A stretch of 64,000 nt of DNA from Myxococcota bacterium (GTDB taxonomy: Bacteria; Myxococcota; XYA12-FULL-58-9; JALHOP01), in assembly GCA_022842935.1 (NCBI GenBank), contig JALHOP010000014.1, positions 58,053-122,052 on the forward strand, given 5' to 3'. Numbering within the stretch: the stretch's first letter is position 1; every line of letters starts with the position of its first letter. The notes under the pieces are model-generated. The model saw only the letters and a program-made list of their open reading frames with translations. It searched no databases and was not told the DNA's origin. A program made the position numbers and the translations under genes. Below are positions 58,471 to 64,000 of this stretch, piece by piece.

Positions 58471-58809
58471 CTAGTACCCAGCGAGCTCCCGTAGCTCGAT
58501 ACTGGCTCCCGGGGCGAAGAGAATCGGACAGGCGTGGGCAACCTTGAGTGCCTCGTCGTAGCTTTGAGCGCCGACGATGGAATAGCCGGAGACGATCTCC
58601 TTCGATTCAACGTTCGGACCATCGGTCACCGCGCCGCCCGCGATGCGCCTGCCCGTCGGGAGGAGACCGTCCCCCATGTCGAGGATCTGAGGAAAACGAG
58701 CTTTCCACTTGCCCCACTCCGCGAGGATGGCCTGCATCTCGGCAGGCGATGGGGCCTTTTGCTCGGTGCTCATGGGGGTGCGGTAGATCAGGAGAAACTT
58801 CTTGCTCAT
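58471..58809 (-). CDS. YciI-like (YCII-related) small protein
   Basis: Start at MSKKFLLIY. Typical size (about 112 aa) and 2-nt gap after the sigma-factor gene. Confidence 0.6.
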   Translation of the reverse strand: MSKKFLLIYRTPMSTEQKAPSPAEMQAILAEWGKWKARFPQILDMGDGLLPTGRRIAGGAVTDGPNVESKEIVSGYSIVGAQSYDEALKVAHACPILFAPGASIELRELAGY

Positions 58810-59037
58810 GGCGATACCCATTTCAGTTCACGAGCAGCCCACCGTGGGTGCTCTGCCGGTATAGCGTACGAGCTCCATCGTTTCCGACAGTCGCTGCGCG
58901 AAAAAAACGCGCGGCCCCGAGCGGCGCGAAAGTACGGCAAGGCGTCATTCCGAAACCGGGGTTCACTTGCCACGCTCTCATATCGGTTGCTAAGTCCCGC
59001 CCGTACTCGCTTGCCAATGTCAGTTCGCACGCTAGCC

Positions 59038-60429
59038 ATGTTTGCGGCGCTCGCCGTCACGCTCGTCGCCAACCGGGCCGCGGCGCAGATCATTCCACTC
59101 GGCGAACGCACCGCGCAAATGGGCGGTGCGGCGATCGCCGCAGGCCACGATTCGGCCATGCCCTACCTCAACCCGGCGGGTTTGGCGGCGGTGCCGGACA
59201 GCCTCGTGAGCCTCAGCGCGAGTATCTACGGCATCAACCGTTTTCGGCTCGATCCATTCTTCCTAAACTCCTATGACACCGAAGCGATCGTGACGGAGAA
59301 CCGCCAGTCGGGCTCGTCGGTGCTGCAGGTGCCGAGCTCGATCATGTACGTGTTCAACCTTGGCGAGCGGGGTAGCCGCAGGCACAAGCTCGCCCTGTCG
59401 CTGAGCATCCCCTACGCTGGGCGTTACACGATCCAAGGCAGCTATCGCGCGACGTTGCCGGCGATCATCGGCGCCGATAGTGATGACCGCGGTTTCACCG
59501 CGACCACCACCGAGTACAACGCCGGAGCGAGCTACGCGACCGCTCTCAGTGACAGGCTCCGCCTCGGCGTGACGGTGTTCGCTCGCTACCACGAAGAGAC
59601 CCTCGCGAGTGTCTCGACGCGTAATTACTACGGCTCGAACGGCGCTCTACAATTGAACGAGGCGCGCTCCAGCGTTGGCTCGACCAAGGCGTTGTCGGCG
59701 TGGGCGCGCTTGGGCGCCCAAGCGCAAATCATCGAACATGGCTGGGTGGGTGTAAGCCTCGCAACCCCGTCAGTGCTCCACAGCGGCTCCGTCGAAGTGA
59801 CCGAGTCGGTGCGCAGCGACATCCTTGGCACAGCGAGCAGCAGAGAGGTGGCGATCTCCGGCAACGTCACCAGGCGCTCACCCCTGCGGGTCGGTGCTGG
59901 TTTGGCGTACGAGGTGCCGGGCTCGTTCTCCGTTGCCCTCGACGGCACCTACACCGCGGCCCTCGATGAAGCATCGACCGCCGACCTGCGCGCGCGCATC
60001 AACCAACGCGCCGAGGGCGAAATCGTCCGTGGCGCTGTGCGAGCGGCGACCTCGACTGCATCGACCAATGCCGTGTTCGACGTCGCGTTGGGTGGGGAGC
60101 TCTGGCTTTCGCCGACCCTTGCTTGGCGTGCCGGGATGTTCACCGCATTTTCACCCATCGAGCTCGACGTCGACAACGACGGTGAATACACCGCGACTGG
60201 AGACATCTTTGGCTTCAGCACTGGCATCGGGCTGATGTTGGGCTTGGTCGAAACGTCGCTCGGCCTGTCGTACCAATACAGCGCCGCGCGTATTCTCGTG
60301 CCCGACTCCCGCACTGACGCGGCCTCCCTCCTCGCTGAAACCGATTTCAATACCCACACCTTGCTGGTGCTGATTGGCGGCTCCATCGCCATCCCCGGCG
60401 CGCCAACAGAACCGGCCTCGGAGGAGTAA
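59038..60429 (+). CDS. Outer-membrane beta-barrel-like protein (signal peptide)
   Basis: Start set at MSVRTLAMFAALAVTLVANRAAAQ. Alternating beta-strand pattern rich in G/S/T/Y/A throughout. Confidence 0.6.
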   Translation: MFAALAVTLVANRAAAQIIPLGERTAQMGGAAIAAGHDSAMPYLNPAGLAAVPDSLVSLSASIYGINRFRLDPFFLNSYDTEAIVTENRQSGSSVLQVPSSIMYVFNLGERGSRRHKLALSLSIPYAGRYTIQGSYRATLPAIIGADSDDRGFTATTTEYNAGASYATALSDRLRLGVTVFARYHEETLASVSTRNYYGSNGALQLNEARSSVGSTKALSAWARLGAQAQIIEHGWVGVSLATPSVLHSGSVEVTESVRSDILGTASSREVAISGNVTRRSPLRVGAGLAYEVPGSFSVALDGTYTAALDEASTADLRARINQRAEGEIVRGAVRAATSTASTNAVFDVALGGELWLSPTLAWRAGMFTAFSPIELDVDNDGEYTATGDIFGFSTGIGLMLGLVETSLGLSYQYSAARILVPDSRTDAASLLAETDFNTHTLLVLIGGSIAIPGAPTEPASEE

Positions 60430-60431
60430 CC

Positions 60432-61028
60432 GTGCGCAGAACCACCGCGCTGCTATTCTCATCGGTCGCGCTCATGAGCTGTGGGGAGGATCTTCCTGCG
60501 GCAACTGTCGGCTGCGAGAGCACGCGGGAGTGCGACTTCGGACAGATCTGCGATCTTCGGGTGAGCCGTTGTGTCCCCGAGGAGCGCGGCCGGGTCCAGG
60601 GCTCGTTCGGTTGTGGACGCGTGGGCACAGTCAACGACGAGCCTACGGTCACGGCTTTCTCGGAGCTGACCGGTGAGATCAACCTGGTGGGTCCTAGTGG
60701 ATCCTTCCAACCGGTACGTTTCGTCGCCAATGCGCCGCCTTTTTGTTACCTGCAAAACGGAGTCCTGGCGTTGCGCTTCTATGAGTTGCAGCTCGCGACA
60801 GAGGGCATCGGCGTCGCCATGGATTTCGCGATCAACGTTAGTGACATCGTCGCAAACCAGCGGCGCGACGTCTCGACCGTCGCGGGATTGTCCGCCGCCC
60901 GAATAGAGTTCGTCGAATACGCGAACGTGCCCTATCAAAACTCGGCGACGAGCATCGAGGTCGTTGTTGATCGTGTGCCTGCGTTACGGGAACCTCTCGT
61001 AGGCTACATCGACGCGTCTTTCCCGTAG
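60432..61028 (+). CDS. Cys-rich lipoprotein, unknown function
   Basis: 198 aa. Lipobox (ALMSCG), starts 3 nt after the OMP-like gene. Confidence 0.55.
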   Translation: MRRTTALLFSSVALMSCGEDLPAATVGCESTRECDFGQICDLRVSRCVPEERGRVQGSFGCGRVGTVNDEPTVTAFSELTGEINLVGPSGSFQPVRFVANAPPFCYLQNGVLALRFYELQLATEGIGVAMDFAINVSDIVANQRRDVSTVAGLSAARIEFVEYANVPYQNSATSIEVVVDRVPALREPLVGYIDASFP

Positions 61029-61134
61029 TCGACTGTCGTGCTGACGTGGCTCGTGGAGAAGCGGCGCCCTGGTGTCCTTCTCATGCTGCCGCGTCGTAGC
61101 CTGACCAGGCGGATGCCTTGCGAGGAGAGTCACC

Positions 61135-61395
61135 GTGTTGGAGCTGCGCCCTGGATGTGAGTGCTGCGATCGTGATCTACCACCCGAGTCGCTCGAGGCT
61201 TTTATCTGCTCGTTCGAGTGCACGTTCTGCGCCTCGTGCGCGCGCGACCGTTTGGGCAACGTTTGCCCGAACTGCGGGGGCGAGTTGACCCGCCGCCCAC
61301 GTCGACCAACGAGCAAGTTGATCGGTTATCCCGCTTCGACGCAGCGGGTCTTCAAGCCTGACGGGTGCGGTGGTCTTTCAGTACAACCAGATTGA
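61135..61395 (+). CDS. DUF1272-like cysteine-rich small protein (putative zinc-binding)
   Basis: 86 aa. MLELRPGCECCDRDLPPES..AFICSFECTFCASCA...CPNCGG pattern. Confidence 0.55.
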   Translation: MLELRPGCECCDRDLPPESLEAFICSFECTFCASCARDRLGNVCPNCGGELTRRPRRPTSKLIGYPASTQRVFKPDGCGGLSVQPD

Positions 61396-61519
61396 ACGCT
61401 ATCGCGACAAACCAGATGAGCGCGCTCTTGGCACGCGTCGACGGTGACACGCTGGTCCGACCATCCCCACAACCCATCCAGGCTGTGCCCGATAACGGCT
61501 GCATCACTGGGAGACTCCT

Positions 61520-61909
61520 ATGGCGATCTCGAATGCAACCCATCCAGAACAACGCGTCGTCCTCGCAACTGGCCGCGTCGCCGGCCCGACACCGGAACAG
61601 GCTGCCAAGCGAGAACGCGAAATCGCGACACTCGCCGAGCCCATCGCGCAGAAACTGTCCGCACAGTTCGGTGAGAAGGGAGGGTATCTGATCCTTTACG
61701 CATTCATCGCTGCGGCGGGCGGCGGCGAAGTGCCCGGCCCGACCTACTTCGGTCCCTGGCCGAAGCTCATGGATGAGGTCATCAAGGCGGTGCGCGCATC
61801 GAAACCCGAGTATGGCGAAGCTCTATGCAAGGCCGCCGAGCGCCTCCTCGTGACGGATGCCAAAGCGCAGAAGCTGTTGCCGCCCGACTACCAGCCGCCG
61901 AAGGGGTAA
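61520..61909 (+). CDS. Hypothetical protein
   Basis: 129 aa ORF with reasonable composition. Confidence 0.45.
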   Translation: MAISNATHPEQRVVLATGRVAGPTPEQAAKREREIATLAEPIAQKLSAQFGEKGGYLILYAFIAAAGGGEVPGPTYFGPWPKLMDEVIKAVRASKPEYGEALCKAAERLLVTDAKAQKLLPPDYQPPKG

Positions 61910-62086
61910 CCGGGCGTGAGCACCTGACGCCGGCTCGCCCGGCGTCACTCAGCGCGACGAGCGCGCCGCAGCCTCACGCACCCCGTGAAGGCGCGAAACA
62001 CGTTCGCGCGCGGAAATCACGCAACGAACCCCAAAGCGCCGCCGATACACCAGCTGAACATCGACGACTCGACAACGAGGGCTACT

Positions 62087-63100
62087 ATGTCGATTCGGGC
62101 TGTGCATCTCGCGACGATGATTGGGTTTTTGGCGGTTGTGCTGGCGGGCGACCTAGCGCAGGCGGGGAGCTACGCGGGCAACAACGGCCTGATGCCCAAC
62201 TACGGCGCGGGAGCCACCGACCACACGGCGAGCCGGGTCGATACCGAGGTCTTCGGTTGGAGCGTTGACTTCAGCACGGTCGCCGCGGTCGCGACCACAG
62301 CGCAGCGCGGGCCGACTGGGGGGATCCGTGGCCACGTCTTGATGGTTGTGTGGGGCACCAATAGCGTGCGGGCCATCGAGAACATCGAGATCAACATCAT
62401 GACGGCGGCCGAGCTGCCGCACGATCCCGTGGCGCTCGACGACGCGAAGTCGAAGCTCATGGACATCGACTACAACCTCGCGCGCATGTACCCGCAGCGC
62501 CCAAAAAAGAAGAGGCCGGACGGCTGGATGACCGTCGAGACGCTCTACGACCCGGTTGCGCTGAACCAGTCCGACTGTCAGGCCGCCGTGGGCTTCATCC
62601 TCGAGGCGCGCGGCCAGATTCGCTTCCAGCCGCACGAAGTCATCCCAGACGTGCGCGGCAAGTGCCGTGACCTGCGCATGAGCAACGTGCGCACTTACTG
62701 GGGCCGCCCCGACGTCGCAGTCGCCATGGCGAAGTTCGACTGGTCGCCCGACGATCACGAAATGAGCTTCCGTCAGCCCGTTTCGGCGCGCTGGAACCGC
62801 GCGCGTGAGCTGCGCATCCTGGTCCGCACCAACGATCCCAAGGGCAGCCGCACCGACCGTGCCACCCGCGCGCTCGCCAAATATGGCCGCGTCCGCCTCG
62901 AAGGCCTGGGCCGCGGGAACAAGAGCGGCGTCACCGCGACGCAAGAGCTCGCGCTGCTCGCGAACCGCCTCGGCAACGAGCTCGAGCTGCCGCGTGAACC
63001 GGGTGTGGTCGACGGCGCTGACATCGTGGTGACACTGGGCGATGACGATCCGGTACGCTCAGCCGCCCGCCACACGTATCCGCGCATCACCTATCGCTGA
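62087..63100 (+). CDS. Secreted hypothetical protein
   Basis: Start set at MSIRAVHLATMIGFLAVVLAGDLAQA (signal peptide); the ORF track begins upstream at 61985. Confidence 0.55.
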   Translation: MSIRAVHLATMIGFLAVVLAGDLAQAGSYAGNNGLMPNYGAGATDHTASRVDTEVFGWSVDFSTVAAVATTAQRGPTGGIRGHVLMVVWGTNSVRAIENIEINIMTAAELPHDPVALDDAKSKLMDIDYNLARMYPQRPKKKRPDGWMTVETLYDPVALNQSDCQAAVGFILEARGQIRFQPHEVIPDVRGKCRDLRMSNVRTYWGRPDVAVAMAKFDWSPDDHEMSFRQPVSARWNRARELRILVRTNDPKGSRTDRATRALAKYGRVRLEGLGRGNKSGVTATQELALLANRLGNELELPREPGVVDGADIVVTLGDDDPVRSAARHTYPRITYR

Positions 63101-63355
63101 GTCCTCCGCGGTATGCATAACGGATATCGACGCTAACCTAACCAGTTCGGTCCGCTATTGCAGTTAAGTATCGCGCGGCACTTCGGAGATGTCGTGCGCG
63201 ACGGTCATCACGTTGCTGGGGACAACGATGTCGAGGCCAACCACGGCGCTCTTAAATCAGCGTGGTGCACACACGCGCGCGCTCACGTTGTCGTGTAAGC
63301 TTGAATCCTTGAGGTGCGGCTTGACAGTGCCGCGAGCGGCCACTACGCGCTAGCG

Positions 63356-64000
63356 ATGACCACGCGAAGTGTCCTCGGTTGCATTGTTGCTGTTGTGATC
63401 GGCGCTCCGCTTTCCCTCGCCCGCGCTCAAGCGAGCCGCATCAACTTCAGTGCTTCCGAGGGCACTCCACAATATCAGCCGCTCAACCCGCTGTTTTATC
63501 CGGACATCAAGATGCAGATGGTGATGTACTCGGACACCAGCGGCACCACGATCGTCGACCAGTACGATTGCAGCATCCTAACGAACTGCGTGCCGGGCAG
63601 GAATGGAGCTTTCGGGAGTTACCGCGCGACCTTCTCCCTCCCACCAGACACGAACGTCGAGATGGTGGCATCGACGTGCGGTGGCACGGACCCGGGCGTG
63701 ACGACTTGCTTCGACGCCCCGCTGCTGGTCACGCTGCGCGTGAAGGTGGGACGCAACCGCATCGAGCTCATCGGCTCCGACAGCGGCAAACCGGCCATTG
63801 TCACGGCGGGTGTCGACCTGAAGTTCCTCATCGGCGGCAACCCCAACGCGTTTTGGCAAACCGGGAACAGTGGAGCCAATCGCTTCCCGCAAGGCACGTG
63901 GAACCCCGTGGTCACCGCAATGCCCACCGGCAACTGCCACCCCGAGCCCGTCGACCCGAACTTCTCGGTGACCGTCACCGACGATCTCGCAGCCCCCATC
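63356..64000 (+). CDS. Secreted Cys-containing hypothetical protein, 3' partial (runs off window end)
   Basis: Not in the ORF track because it has no stop. ATG near 63356 (+/-1), signal peptide MTTRSVLGCIVAVVIGAPLSLARAQA, strong GC3 bias, open to 64000. Confidence 0.55.
   Translation, partial: MTTRSVLGCIVAVVIGAPLSLARAQASRINFSASEGTPQYQPLNPLFYPDIKMQMVMYSDTSGTTIVDQYDCSILTNCVPGRNGAFGSYRATFSLPPDTNVEMVASTCGGTDPGVTTCFDAPLLVTLRVKVGRNRIELIGSDSGKPAIVTAGVDLKFLIGGNPNAFWQTGNSGANRFPQGTWNPVVTAMPTGNCHPEPVDPNFSVTVTDDLAAPI

Overview
High-GC (about 68-70%) bacterial chromosomal segment, densely protein-coding, with gene content typical of Myxococcota-type genomes (inference from tolQRAB, lexA, ccmFGHI, an MJ0042-type zinc-ribbon/DUF3426 protein, a eukaryotic-like Ser/Thr kinase and many lipoproteins). 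All calls are from reading the sequence and the ORF track; no database search was run. The window opens inside a type III secretion translocator-like module: a partial TPR class II chaperone, three coiled-coil/transmembrane translocator-like proteins (two clearly paralogous), a 714-aa Pro/Gln-rich protein and a 372-aa unknown protein. Further along are an ECF sigma factor divergent from lexA, an operon of two ArsA/Get3-like ATPases plus a secreted protein and a TatA-like mini-ORF, a tolQRAB cluster without pal, an oligopeptide-type ABC transporter, ccmFGHI, two SPFH proteins, a SUKH (SMI1/KNR4) immunity-like gene, an LpxL-like acyltransferase, an EEP nuclease, an M3 peptidase and a second ECF sigma with a YciI-like partner. 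The most unusual signal: two minus-strand genes for large acidic proteins without signal peptides (456 aa and about 1730 aa) share an ~85-aa N-terminal domain, and each lies in a segment bracketed by imperfect direct repeats that duplicate the 3' coding end of the upstream neighbour. This looks like a polymorphic toxin/effector-like family inserted at two loci, possibly linked to the T3SS-like module. No rRNA, tRNA, CRISPR array, transposase or integrase was recognised.
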